DNA of 64,000 nt from an uncultured Verrucomicrobiae bacterium. Lineage in GTDB: Bacteria > Verrucomicrobiota > Verrucomicrobiia > Chthoniobacterales > UBA10450. Location of the stretch: contig CAVTMK010000004.1 of NCBI GenBank assembly GCA_963735805.1, positions 512,001 to 576,000 on the forward strand, read 5' to 3'. The notes beneath the pieces are model-generated. The model was not told the DNA's origin and did not search any database. It saw nothing but the letters and a program-made list of their open reading frames with translations. Position 1 is the first letter of the stretch; the number at the start of each line of letters is the position of its first letter. Both the position numbers and the translations under genes were made by a program. Of the stretch, positions 9,457-19,405 are shown piece by piece.

Positions 9457-11918
9457 AAACCAGTCGCGGCCTAGCCGGTCTTCTGGGACTGGCGGTGCTG
9501 CTTTGTGCGGCGAGTAGCGCCATTGCTCAATCACAGCCGGAAGTTCGTCGGGCGCGTCCCGTAGACGAACCCCCTGTTCCCCGCGCTCTGCCCGCGGATG
9601 ACTCGGTGGAAAGAGTTCTCCGCTCTCTAAAGGAGGAGTCTTCAGAGCCTTCACAGCATGATGGCGAGGCGGCAGCTCAGCGTCAGCTTGATTACGCGAA
9701 CGGCCTGTTCACTCGCAAGCTTTACGATTTGGCGGCCCCTGAATATCAAAATTATCTCAACGATTATCCTGGCCGGACGGGACGCGCCAACGCTTACTTT
9801 TCACTGGGTGAATGCTATCGAAATCTCGGTCGCGCTTCAAGCGCTCGCACAAATCTCCAGAAAGTAATCAATGATTACGCCGACAGCGAATTTGCCGGAC
9901 CAGCGGCATATGCACTCGCCGAGATGGCCTTTGCGGACAAAGACTACGCCGCCGCGCTGCCCCTCTTTCACCGTTCTGCCGGGAAATCAAAAGAAGCTGC
10001 CGTCGCGCTTTCTGCACATTATTTCGAAGCGCGCTGTCTTGAAGCTGTCGGTCGCAAGGAGGAAGCGGCGAATATCTATTCGGAAGTTGCTGAGGCCGCG
10101 AATCCGAACCCCTTCCGCGAGGACGCACGAATCTCAGCAGCATCCATTTTCGCAGGTCGGGGAAGAAAAGCCGATGCACTGAAGCAGTACGAAGCGCTTG
10201 CCAATGAAGCCCAGAAGCCGGCGTTAAAAGCCGAGTCGGCGGTGCGCGGCGGTATGATTGCACTCGACCTTGTCCAGGCTGATAAGGGAAAGATCGACAA
10301 GGCCATGGCTGACAGAGCTGAGGCTTTGTTGCGGAAAGGCCGCGCTCTTCCTGATTCTGGAAAGTTCCGGGCGATCGCGCAGGTTGGTCTGCGAAAATTG
10401 CAATATCAGACCGGCCAATACGCACAGTTGGTCGCCGAGTACAGGAAGGAACAGCAGAACCTTCCGGAAGCCGCCCAGGCCGAGGTATTGTTAATGGCAG
10501 CAAACAGCGAGCGGCAACTTGGTCATCCGAAGGAAGCTGAAGCGTTATACCGCCAGATCATTGCGAAGTATCCGGATCGAGAGGAAGCAAAAGATGCTTC
10601 CTATCAGCGACTAATCAACGTCTACAACTCCGATCCGTCGACGCTCATTCCAGCGGTGGACGAATTTCTCGCAACAAATCCGACCAGCGAACGTGCTGAT
10701 CAGGCGAAACTTTTAAAAGCCGAAGCCTTCTATAAACAGCAGAATTGCGGCGAAGCAGTGCCAATTTATGAGGAACTCCGCGCTTCTCAGCTTTCTGCGA
10801 AGTTGCGCGCGGAAGCTGCGTACAAACTGGGCTTATGCCAGACGCAGGCAAAAAACACTGCCGGTGTCATCGAAGCATTTACGTATTACGTGCAAACGTT
10901 TCCAGAAGACCCGCAGGTGCCTGCCGCTCTGGCTCAACGGGCTTTGGCTTACGAACAGGACAAGAACTACACCGCGGCGGTTGCGGATCTAAACGCGATC
11001 CTAAACAAGTATCCCAAGGCTCACGAACGGGAGGCCGCTCTCCAGTTAAAGGCGTTGATCCTCGGACAACAGGAAAATGTCAAGAGCATGGTGGAAACCT
11101 TTCGCCAGCTTTTGAGAGAATTCCCCAAGAGTTCAGTTGCAGCACAGGCGCAATACTACATCGGCAAGGCTGCGTTTGAGTCAAAGGATTACAAGGGTGC
11201 GTTGAGCGCACTCAATTCAGCCCGGCAGCTAAACAAGGAGGAATATTACAACCTTGCGTCGCTCCGGATCATGCTCTGTCAGTTTTACTTGAAAGATCGA
11301 ACGGCCCTCACAAAAGAAGTGAACGATTTCATGGCTAACAGCCCGAACATGAATGTGCCACCAGAAGTTTTGGAATGGCTCGGAATCGGATATTACAACG
11401 AGAAAAACTTCCAGGCCGCGGAAAAATACCTGAGCGCTCTCCGCAAAATCGATAACCCTGGCAGCGTTAAACCCGATTTCTTGTTTTATCTCGGAGACAC
11501 CGCTACCAAGCTGAAGAACCTGCCAGAAGCGGAGGACGCGTTCGCTAAGTATCTGCAAACAGCGAAAGATCCGGCGGGAAAGGCGAAGGTGTTACTTGCA
11601 CTCGGCGCGGTGAAGATCAACGCTCATAAACCGGACGAAGCTCAGAAAATTGCTGAAGAGATCATGTCGCTGCAACCGGAGGGACGTGTAAATGCGGAAG
11701 CGCGTTTACTGGCAGGCGAAGTCCAACTGGAGCGCGGTAATTTCGACGACGCCGGCAAGGCCTTTAAAGGAGTCGCCTTACTCTATGATGATCCAGCCAT
11801 AACGCCGCGGGCGCTGGACAAGGCAGCGCTGGCGTACCGGCAAGCGGGCAACGCGGAGGAAGCAGCTCGCCTGTCCCACGAACTGCACGAACGATATCCG
11901 AATTACGCCGGCGGATAA
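9453..11918 (+). CDS. Exported multi-TPR protein (BamD/CpoB-like repeats)
   Basis: Signal peptide from ATG 9453, overlapping the exbD stop (ATGA); many TPR helices with YP/FP turns. Confidence 0.85.
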   Translation: MKTSRGLAGLLGLAVLLCAASSAIAQSQPEVRRARPVDEPPVPRALPADDSVERVLRSLKEESSEPSQHDGEAAAQRQLDYANGLFTRKLYDLAAPEYQNYLNDYPGRTGRANAYFSLGECYRNLGRASSARTNLQKVINDYADSEFAGPAAYALAEMAFADKDYAAALPLFHRSAGKSKEAAVALSAHYFEARCLEAVGRKEEAANIYSEVAEAANPNPFREDARISAASIFAGRGRKADALKQYEALANEAQKPALKAESAVRGGMIALDLVQADKGKIDKAMADRAEALLRKGRALPDSGKFRAIAQVGLRKLQYQTGQYAQLVAEYRKEQQNLPEAAQAEVLLMAANSERQLGHPKEAEALYRQIIAKYPDREEAKDASYQRLINVYNSDPSTLIPAVDEFLATNPTSERADQAKLLKAEAFYKQQNCGEAVPIYEELRASQLSAKLRAEAAYKLGLCQTQAKNTAGVIEAFTYYVQTFPEDPQVPAALAQRALAYEQDKNYTAAVADLNAILNKYPKAHEREAALQLKALILGQQENVKSMVETFRQLLREFPKSSVAAQAQYYIGKAAFESKDYKGALSALNSARQLNKEEYYNLASLRIMLCQFYLKDRTALTKEVNDFMANSPNMNVPPEVLEWLGIGYYNEKNFQAAEKYLSALRKIDNPGSVKPDFLFYLGDTATKLKNLPEAEDAFAKYLQTAKDPAGKAKVLLALGAVKINAHKPDEAQKIAEEIMSLQPEGRVNAEARLLAGEVQLERGNFDDAGKAFKGVALLYDDPAITPRALDKAALAYRQAGNAEEAARLSHELHERYPNYAGG

Positions 11919-11954
11919 ACCATCAAGGAGAGATGCACTCCCGGTTATCGCACC

Positions 11955-12974
11955 TTATTTGGAAACAGTCGTGATACCCCAGGGACCGTCGCCGACTTTG
12001 ATCCGTCGCAGTTCTTTACGCGATTTTACATCAACAACCGAGACATCGTTCGATGCCCCGTTCGCCGTATATAGTTTTGATCCTGTGGGGTCCAGCGCGA
12101 TTCCCCAGGCGCGATTTCCCACGGGAATTGTTGTCGCGACTGCGTTTTTCGCAGTATCGATAATCACAACGGCATTCCCGCGGCCTGTTGACACATAAAG
12201 CTCTTTTCCATCCTTGGCCATTACAGTACCCATCGGCAGTGAGCCTGTTGGCAATTGGATTTTTGACAGCAATTTATGCGACGCCGCATCTAGAACGGCA
12301 ACGTAGCCACCGTTCTCGCAGGCGACGTATGCGCGCGAGCCATCCGGTAGAAATACAATCGATCGCGGTCGCCCGCCTGTCTCGATCTTTGCGACTACGC
12401 GCTGTTGGTCGGGATCGATCGCGAATACTTCGCCTTTCTCTTCGCAGGTGACGTAGACTTCGCCATTCTGCGGATTGACACCGACGCCTTCTGGTTCTTC
12501 TGAGACCTTCACTTTTCCGCGAGACTGCCCGGAGTCGAGATCGACAATCAAAGCGCTCGCGTCGTCTTCATTTGCGATAAAAGCAAACTTCCCATCCTTG
12601 CTTATCGCGAATTGCTCGGGATCCGATCCGACATGCCACCGATCAATTAACCTGTGCTCCACCGGATCGATCACACCAAGGCCATCGGCACTTTTGTCCG
12701 CCGGCGCGCGATTTTCATCCAGGCCCGGGGCCATTCGCGGCGAACCGCTTAATGTTACAAAGAGTCGCTTGCCGTCTGGCGCTGTGTGAATCCCGCGGGG
12801 TCTTTTGCCTGCTTTAAAAGTCGTGACGAGGGCGTCCGTTGTGCCATCTATCACGCTGATATCACCCGATCGCTCGTTGCTGACATAAACGAAATAGCCA
12901 GGCGATTCAGCCCAAACAAAAGACGTGGCCAGGGCAAGAAAGACGATCGGGATTACACAACAGCGAAATCTCAT
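11955..12974 (-). CDS. YVTN-type beta-propeller protein, exported
   Basis: Repeated YVSN/YVT/VG..P.GI blades; signal peptide from ATG 12974. Confidence 0.85.
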   Translation of the reverse strand: MRFRCCVIPIVFLALATSFVWAESPGYFVYVSNERSGDISVIDGTTDALVTTFKAGKRPRGIHTAPDGKRLFVTLSGSPRMAPGLDENRAPADKSADGLGVIDPVEHRLIDRWHVGSDPEQFAISKDGKFAFIANEDDASALIVDLDSGQSRGKVKVSEEPEGVGVNPQNGEVYVTCEEKGEVFAIDPDQQRVVAKIETGGRPRSIVFLPDGSRAYVACENGGYVAVLDAASHKLLSKIQLPTGSLPMGTVMAKDGKELYVSTGRGNAVVIIDTAKNAVATTIPVGNRAWGIALDPTGSKLYTANGASNDVSVVDVKSRKELRRIKVGDGPWGITTVSK

Positions 12975-13009
12975 TTCACAACTAAACCGCGCTCGTTTGA
13001 GCGAGCAAA

Positions 13010-13054
13010 TTGAACATTGAACGTTGGACGTTCGGCGTTGAACGTTGGAGGTTG
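13010..13054. repeat. Heptamer tandem array (TTNRRCG)n
   Basis: ttgaaca ttgaacg ttggacg ttcggcg ttgaacg ttggagg. Confidence 0.7.
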
Positions 13055-13059
13055 CTTCT

Positions 13060-14130
13060 GTGATCCCGCACGACAAGCTTTTCATTCCCGGCCCGGTTGA
13101 AGTATCGGAGAAAACCTGGGCTGCGTTTTCGCGTCCGATGATTGGGCATCGCGGCGAAGATTTTAAGAATCTTTATCGCGCGATTCACCCGGGCCTCCAG
13201 ACTCTCTTCGGTACAAGGCAGGCAGTTTTCCTTTCCACGTCTTCGGCATGGGGCGTAATGGAGGCGTCGGTCCGGAACCTGGTCGATCGCGGCGTCCTCT
13301 GCTGTATGTGCGGCGCGTTTTCGGACAAATGGTTCGATGTTGCAAAACGCTGCGGAAAAAACGTTGAACCGCTGCAGGTCGATTGGGGAAAACATATTGA
13401 TCAGAGGGCGATCGATAGGCAATTGGCGACGGGAAGATTCGACACCGTCACCCTCGTCCACAACGAGACTTCAACGGGTGTGATGAACCCTCTTGCGGAA
13501 ATCTGCTGCACGCTCGTCAAGTATCCCGATGTAGCGCTTGTCCTCGATACGGTCTCCTCATTCTCGGGCGTCAAGATCGACATGGACGCGCTTGGCATAG
13601 ACGTCATGCTTACCGGCGCGCAAAAAGCTCTGGCGTTGCCGCCAGGCTTTTCGTTGTTCTCGGTTTCGGAGAAAGCATTCGCACGCGCAGAAAAAATCCC
13701 GAACCGCGGCTTTTACTTTGATTTTCTCGAGTTCAAGAAGCAACAAGCAGAATGGATGACGCCGAGCACGCCCAGTATTGGCCACATGCACGCGCTGGAA
13801 TCGAAGCTTGAGGAAATTTTAGAGGAAGGCCTCGATGCGCGCTTCGCTCGACACGAGCGCACAAACGCGCTCGTGCACGAGTGGGTTCGTGGGGCTGGGT
13901 TCGAATTCTTTGCAGAGGAGGGATTTCGCTCGAAAACGCTTACCTGCGTGAAAAACAAAAGAGGGATAGACGTTCTGGACCTGGCGAGAAAGCTTCGCGA
14001 AAAACATCATCTGGTGATCGATCCTGGCTATGGCAAAATTCGAGGCAAAACCTTTCGTCTTTCCAACATGGGCGACGAAACCGAAGAAACGGTAGCGCAT
14101 CTGCTCACCTGTCTCGATGATGTTCTGTAG
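13060..14130 (+). CDS. Class V PLP aminotransferase (alanine-glyoxylate/serine-pyruvate family)
   Basis: LFIPGPV, HNETSTG, D.VSS, GAQKALALPPG; GTG 13060 with GGAGG upstream. Confidence 0.92.
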   Translation: MIPHDKLFIPGPVEVSEKTWAAFSRPMIGHRGEDFKNLYRAIHPGLQTLFGTRQAVFLSTSSAWGVMEASVRNLVDRGVLCCMCGAFSDKWFDVAKRCGKNVEPLQVDWGKHIDQRAIDRQLATGRFDTVTLVHNETSTGVMNPLAEICCTLVKYPDVALVLDTVSSFSGVKIDMDALGIDVMLTGAQKALALPPGFSLFSVSEKAFARAEKIPNRGFYFDFLEFKKQQAEWMTPSTPSIGHMHALESKLEEILEEGLDARFARHERTNALVHEWVRGAGFEFFAEEGFRSKTLTCVKNKRGIDVLDLARKLREKHHLVIDPGYGKIRGKTFRLSNMGDETEETVAHLLTCLDDVL

Positions 14131-14212
14131 TTAGTGAGGTGTTTGATCAGCGCGCCGCTTAGAAAGTACACGCCACTCTCAAGGACAATTTCCGTTCGTC
14201 ATAACCGTCGAT

Positions 14213-14965
14213 ATGCACAAGTTATCGAGTATGAATGTTTGGGCCCTGATTCTGGCTTTTCCCATAACACTGTTTCTCTTTAGTCCGCAACCGGCAATCT
14301 GCGGAGATACCGTCGCGATAACGAAGGAGGAACTTGTTAGCCGCACTCAGGAACTTTTCGACGCGGTAGTTCCAGGCAATAAGGAGCCGTGGGAAAAATA
14401 TTTCGCCGACGACTGTATTTTCGCGGATGAAAAAGGGCGCAATTTTAACAAGACGCAGCTAATTGCCGATATTACGCCGTTACCGAAAGATTATTCAGGA
14501 ACAATCAAGGTCGCGAAGCCCCAAACTGTTATTCACGGTGATACCGCCATTTTGAGTTACGATCTCGACGAAATCGAAACCATCTTTGGCCAGAAACTGA
14601 CAGCTCGTTATCACGTAACTGACACGTGGCTAAGGCGGAATGGCCTTTGGCAAATCGCCTCCAGTCAGGCTATGCGTTACTATGAAGATCCGGCTGTTGC
14701 CAGGATCGATCCGAAAAAATTCGCCGATTTCAGCGGTACCTACGAACTGGCACCCGGCCAAATGAGACGAGTGTTTGCCGAAGACGAAAATTTGTATGTC
14801 GAACGCAACGGAAAGCGCGAACAACTTTTGCCTGAAGGATGCGAGATTTTTTTCCGGAAAGGGGTCGAAGGCCGTATCTTGTTTCGCTTCGCGGATAATG
14901 GGAAAGTGGATGCCCTCATCGATCGCCGAAACAACGAAGACGTCGTCTGGCGCAGGATGGATTGA
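14213..14965 (+). CDS. Exported NTF2-like (DUF4440) protein with a C-terminal DUF3471-like domain
   Basis: Signal peptide; SnoaL-like pattern TDTWLRRNGLWQI; FSGTYEL domain. Confidence 0.7.
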   Translation: MHKLSSMNVWALILAFPITLFLFSPQPAICGDTVAITKEELVSRTQELFDAVVPGNKEPWEKYFADDCIFADEKGRNFNKTQLIADITPLPKDYSGTIKVAKPQTVIHGDTAILSYDLDEIETIFGQKLTARYHVTDTWLRRNGLWQIASSQAMRYYEDPAVARIDPKKFADFSGTYELAPGQMRRVFAEDENLYVERNGKREQLLPEGCEIFFRKGVEGRILFRFADNGKVDALIDRRNNEDVVWRRMD

Positions 14966-15062
14966 GTTTCAGGACATAACAGAAAACGTTCGGCTGCGCG
15001 TCATTTTTCTTCGGCCAAATCGCAGGTAATTTCTAGTTTGGCATCATTTATTCCCACCGCGT

Positions 15063-16088
15063 ATGCCTGTGATTGAGACTACAGACCTGACCAAGGTGTA
15101 CCGCACGTATCGGAAAGAGAGGGGACTTTGGGGATCAATCAAAGGACTGGGCAGGCGGCGTTATGATGAAACGCGCGCCGCCGACCACGTCTCATTTAAT
15201 ATCGAGGAAGGCGAGTTCGTTGGCTTTCTAGGCCCGAATGGGGCGGGCAAGACTACGGTGCTCAAAATGCTTTCCGGCCTCTTGAATCCGACTTCGGGCG
15301 AAGCACGCGTGCTCGGCTTCGTTCCGTGGGAGAGGCGCAACGAAATGAAACGGCAATTCAGTCTCTTAATGGGACAGAAAAATGCGCTGTGGTGGGATTT
15401 GCCTGCACAAGAATCCCTCGAGCTTAACCGTGCCATTTATGGAATCGACCGTGCACGGTTCCAAAAAGTCGTGGACGGATTATCGGAGCTCTTGGAAGTG
15501 GGAGACAAAATGAATGTGATGGTCCGTGAGCTCTCGTTAGGCGAACGGATGAAGATGGAATTGATTTCCGCGCTTATTCACGAACCGCGCGTACTCTTTC
15601 TCGACGAACCAACAATCGGCCTGGACGTGGTCAGTCAAAAACGCGTCCGCGAGTTTCTTCGTATTTACAATCAGGAACATCATATCGTCACGTTGCTGAC
15701 CAGTCACTATATGCAGGATATCGAGGAGCTGTGTCATCGGGTTCTCGTGATCGATCATGGCAAAATCTTTTTCGACGGGCCGCTGGATGAGATTGTCGAT
15801 CGCTTTTCAGGGTATAAAATTTTGAGTCTAACTTTCGAAAAAGAGGCGACGCGTGATCTTTCGGCTTTCGGTGAAATAACGGAACAAACGCCTGTATCTG
15901 TGCAATTGAAGGTTCCACGCGCAAAGGTCACCGAGACCTGCCGCGAACTGCTGGAAGCCTGCGACGTGAGCGATATTAACGTCCAGGAAGTGCCGGTGGA
16001 AGAGGTAATCCGTCAGCTTTTCGGCGAACAACGCGAGAATCGTCGGATCGCCGATCTGGCGTCGGCACAAACTGCACCAGCCGGATAG
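15063..16088 (+). CDS. ABC transporter ATP-binding protein
   Basis: GPNGAGKTT, LSLGERM, LFLDEPT, TSH. Confidence 0.93.
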   Translation: MPVIETTDLTKVYRTYRKERGLWGSIKGLGRRRYDETRAADHVSFNIEEGEFVGFLGPNGAGKTTVLKMLSGLLNPTSGEARVLGFVPWERRNEMKRQFSLLMGQKNALWWDLPAQESLELNRAIYGIDRARFQKVVDGLSELLEVGDKMNVMVRELSLGERMKMELISALIHEPRVLFLDEPTIGLDVVSQKRVREFLRIYNQEHHIVTLLTSHYMQDIEELCHRVLVIDHGKIFFDGPLDEIVDRFSGYKILSLTFEKEATRDLSAFGEITEQTPVSVQLKVPRAKVTETCRELLEACDVSDINVQEVPVEEVIRQLFGEQRENRRIADLASAQTAPAG

Positions 16089-16102
16089 GCGGCTGGCAGC
16101 GC

Positions 16103-16188
16103 ATCATTCTGACCGAAGCGGACAATCTCGGATCGTTATCTCCCCGGCGATGTATGCAACAATCGAGGTTCGTGTTGCTCAGAATGAC
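16103..16188. repeat. TCATYC...GRATGAC palindromic REP-like element, copy 2; contains the stop codon of the epimerase gene
   Basis: atcattctgaccgaagc...gttgctcagaatgac. Confidence 0.65.
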
Positions 16189-17051
16189 AGGTTAGGGAAT
16201 GGACCTCCCAAAGTTGGCAACACACTCCTTTCCATCCCCTCCGCAAAGGTGGGATACTTTGGAATCCAGCCGAGGCCCCTCACTTTCGCATTGCTGACAC
16301 GCTTGTTGCTGTCGCCCCGTTTACGCTGGTTCGTCAATTTTCCAATCGGCGGAGGCTGACGATTCAGTCTCTGCGCCAACCAACGGTAGCAGTCGCTCTG
16401 CCGCGTCGGTTGATCGTCAACTACGTTATTAATTTGAGTTCCCCGCGCTTGTCGAGTCAGCAAAAGGAAAATTGCGGATGCAATATCATCCCGGTGCACT
16501 TGATTGACGAAACGATCATTTTCCGGGTCAACGATCGCCGTGCCGGCGAGAAATTTGCTTAGCAACGCCGACCTACCTGGGCCGTAGATTCCCGCGAGTC
16601 TCGCGACCATCCCTCCCCGCGCGAGGACGATTTTTTCCGTTTGAACCAGGAGTTGACTGGTCTCTCGAACAGGCTCAGTCGCGCTTTCCTCGGTCACCCA
16701 GGAGCCGTCGCGCTGCGCATAAACGCTCGTGCTACCGGTGAAGAGCATCTTGTTTCCAACGAATCGATCGAGCAGATTCCGCGCGCCATCCAAATAGATT
16801 TGCCGGTAAGACTCGACTCCGCCACCTCGCGAACTGGCGCAGTGAATGACAGCATCGAATGTTCCCGGGCGGTCTGCGACCTGATTGCGGTTTGAAATGT
16901 CGACTTGCCGGACCGGATACGATTTGGCGGATAGCGCTGTTGCTGATTTCTCGGAAGCAGTCCAGCCTTCCACGTCCCAGCCTGCAGAATGGAACAAATC
17001 AGCGGTCGCTTGCCCGACATAACCGCAGCCGGCGATCAAGATTCGGGGCAT
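16179..17051 (-). CDS. NAD-dependent epimerase/dehydratase (atypical SDR)
   Basis: IAGCGYVG, STSVY, RLAGIYGPGR. Confidence 0.88.
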   Translation of the reverse strand: MPRILIAGCGYVGQATADLFHSAGWDVEGWTASEKSATALSAKSYPVRQVDISNRNQVADRPGTFDAVIHCASSRGGGVESYRQIYLDGARNLLDRFVGNKMLFTGSTSVYAQRDGSWVTEESATEPVRETSQLLVQTEKIVLARGGMVARLAGIYGPGRSALLSKFLAGTAIVDPENDRFVNQVHRDDIASAIFLLLTRQARGTQINNVVDDQPTRQSDCYRWLAQRLNRQPPPIGKLTNQRKRGDSNKRVSNAKVRGLGWIPKYPTFAEGMERSVLPTLGGPFPNLSF

Positions 17052-17066
17052 ATTGTTCGCGGCGTT

Positions 17067-17786
17067 TCACGCCGCGGCCGCGATTTCAATTTCCTCAAAC
17101 ATGTTTTTCTGGAGGGCGCGGACTTGCCTTAGACGAATGAGCTCCAGAAGTGCGAGAAAAGTTACCACGATTTCTACGCGCGATGCGGCACCCCCAAACA
17201 AATCGGAAAAACGCAACCGCGCTCCGTTTGCGACTCGTTGCAAAATAGTATCAATCTTCTCCGAGACACTGAAACGTTCGGCGAAAATTTCCTGCACGTC
17301 CTGTCGCGCTTCGATCCGCTTGATCACCGTCTGGAATGCGTTAATCAACTGAAAAATTCCAACCTCTTCCAGGCGCAGCGGTTCTTGCAATACCGACGAC
17401 GTGCCTTCTCGCGCGAAAATCCGTTCTTGTTCCAACTCGCGGACATGGAGCTGCGTTGCGGCTTCCTTGAATTTTTTGTACTCAATCAGCTGTCGGATTA
17501 AATCCCAGCGGGGATCGTCTTCCTCGGCGTCTTCTTCGGGCGGCTGTTGATCAATCGGCAGCAGACTGCGGCTTTTCAGGTAAATAAGGTTCGCCGCCAT
17601 GACGATAAATTCGCCGGCAAGTTCAATATTCAACTCCTTGAACGCCTGCAGATATTCGAGGTACTGGCGAGTGATGCGTTCGAGCGAAATGTCGTAAATG
17701 TCGATCTCATCCTGTTTGATCAGGTAAAGCAGTAGGTCGAGCGGTCCTTCGAAAACCTCCAACTTGACCTTGTAATCGGCATCCAT
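17067..17786 (-). CDS. scpA: Segregation/condensation protein A
   Basis: FEGPLDLLLYLI, KSRSLLP, TFLALLEL. Confidence 0.95.
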   Translation of the reverse strand: MDADYKVKLEVFEGPLDLLLYLIKQDEIDIYDISLERITRQYLEYLQAFKELNIELAGEFIVMAANLIYLKSRSLLPIDQQPPEEDAEEDDPRWDLIRQLIEYKKFKEAATQLHVRELEQERIFAREGTSSVLQEPLRLEEVGIFQLINAFQTVIKRIEARQDVQEIFAERFSVSEKIDTILQRVANGARLRFSDLFGGAASRVEIVVTFLALLELIRLRQVRALQKNMFEEIEIAAAA

Positions 17787-17804
17787 GTGTACTCGGCAAT
17801 GAGG

Positions 17805-17896
17805 CGTCGAAACGTTAAAGCCTTGACCCGTTGCAGGGCCATGAAGGTTCGGTGGAGTGTCTCCGGTGTAACGATTTAACGCTGTAACGAATCACG
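17805..17896. repeat. Two inverted octamer arrays
   Basis: cgtcgaaa cgttaaag ccttgacc cgttgcag ... tgtaacga tttaacgc tgtaacga. Confidence 0.55.
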
Positions 17897-17905
17897 TGGA
17901 CTTGC

Positions 17906-19018
17906 CTACGCGGGGATTTTCCGGTGTATCCAAACGCTGTTCACCAGGCCGAGGCCAAACATGATCATTAGCACGAATGAGCCGCTGTAACTAATTAATG
18001 GCAAGGGCACCCCCGTAATGGGAAGCATAGCGATCGTCATTCCCATGTTTTGGAAGATATGTGTGAAGATGAGGGCCGTAATTCCGATAACCAGAAGAAG
18101 ACCCAATTGATCGCCTGCGAAAAAAGCGACAAAAAGACACGTCATTAGAAGCAAAGCGAAACCTCCGATAAGAAACATTCCTCCAATAAATCCCCACTGC
18201 TCGCCGATTGCGGAGAAAATGTAGTCGTTGTGAACGGCAGTTGCGGGAAGGAACCCGAGTTCGATCTGGGTGTTTGGCGCCTTGAACCCCTTGCCTGACC
18301 AACCACCGGATCCAATAGCGATAAGGGATTGGTTGATCGCCCATGCGGAGCCCTGTTTGTCGATATCGGGATGCGTAAACGCGGTGATCCGCTGTTGTTG
18401 ATACGGTTTTAAACCGAAATTGATAGCGATAGGGATAAAAGCGACCCCGACGAGAATTAGGCAAATCAAATAGCGCAGTGGAAGACCACCGACGAACAGC
18501 AGGGCCAGGAGTACGGGCACCCAGATGATAACTTCGCCTAGGTCGGGTTGCATCAGAATCAACAAACATGGCGCCGCGGCGATCGCCCCGCACAAGAGCA
18601 ATCGGAGCATGGGATGCATTTCGCGAAATTGAGTGAGAAACAGGGCCAAGACCATTATCCCGGCGACAACCGCAAGCTGCGCGGGCTGAAAATTAATGGG
18701 ACCCAAATGCAACCAACTGCGCGCCCCGTAGACTTTTGTGCCCATAAACTTCGTCAGGATCAGAAACACGATGCCAGCCAGATACATCGGCAAGGCACCC
18801 CAGCGAATCCAGCGGTAGTGAATCAAACTCGTCAGCATAAAAGCGAAGACACCGACGACTACCCAGTTTGCCTGCTTTCGCCAGAAATCCACTGCGTTAG
18901 AGTCCGCGCGCGTGGAGGTAGCGCTGTAAATTGCTATCACACCAAAAACGGCGAGCGCGAGCGTGGTCAACAGCAGAAGCCAGTTTTGGCCGAGCAATTT
19001 TCGAAGGAACGGCGTCAT
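17906..19018 (-). CDS. rodA: SEDS-family glycosyltransferase RodA
   Basis: GARSW, QPDLG, AIGSGG..GKG, HNDYIF, GVPLPLISYSGS. Confidence 0.88.
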   Translation of the reverse strand: MTPFLRKLLGQNWLLLLTTLALAVFGVIAIYSATSTRADSNAVDFWRKQANWVVVGVFAFMLTSLIHYRWIRWGALPMYLAGIVFLILTKFMGTKVYGARSWLHLGPINFQPAQLAVVAGIMVLALFLTQFREMHPMLRLLLCGAIAAAPCLLILMQPDLGEVIIWVPVLLALLFVGGLPLRYLICLILVGVAFIPIAINFGLKPYQQQRITAFTHPDIDKQGSAWAINQSLIAIGSGGWSGKGFKAPNTQIELGFLPATAVHNDYIFSAIGEQWGFIGGMFLIGGFALLLMTCLFVAFFAGDQLGLLLVIGITALIFTHIFQNMGMTIAMLPITGVPLPLISYSGSFVLMIMFGLGLVNSVWIHRKIPA

Positions 19019-19405
19019 TCTATTGGAAGTCGATTACATGTCTCGCGCACCGCAGGGAAATGGAAATAATTACACATGCATTGCGATCTTCGCAAAAATG
19101 TGGCGCAGCTTTTTTTCGGCCTGCATCGGTCCTAACCACCACCCGAGACAGTTTCTCAAGACTCGATTAAGCGCCGCGGCAACGCCGTTTAAATGGCGTG
19201 AAGGCGAGCACTATTTTGTGTCAAAAGCCAGCCTGGCAGGGGATTATACCATTGAGTTTTTCGGTCCGTGATGATGGATTATAATCGATTGATATTCAAC
19301 TGGTTGTAAATTTTCATGTGAAATCTTGGGCACTTCACTTGTCTCTAGATTTGAAGCCCACTAAACTACTTTAGAGGTTGTCGGTTTTTTTGAGGGAAGA
19401 CGCAA

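Noticed and set aside
12975..13085. N-terminal extension of the YVTN ORF (TSNVQRRTSNVQ)
   Set aside because: It is the translation of the heptamer repeat array
19019..19405. ~390-bp AT-richer intergenic region as an ncRNA or riboswitch
   Set aside because: No recognisable RNA motif; consistent with divergent promoters
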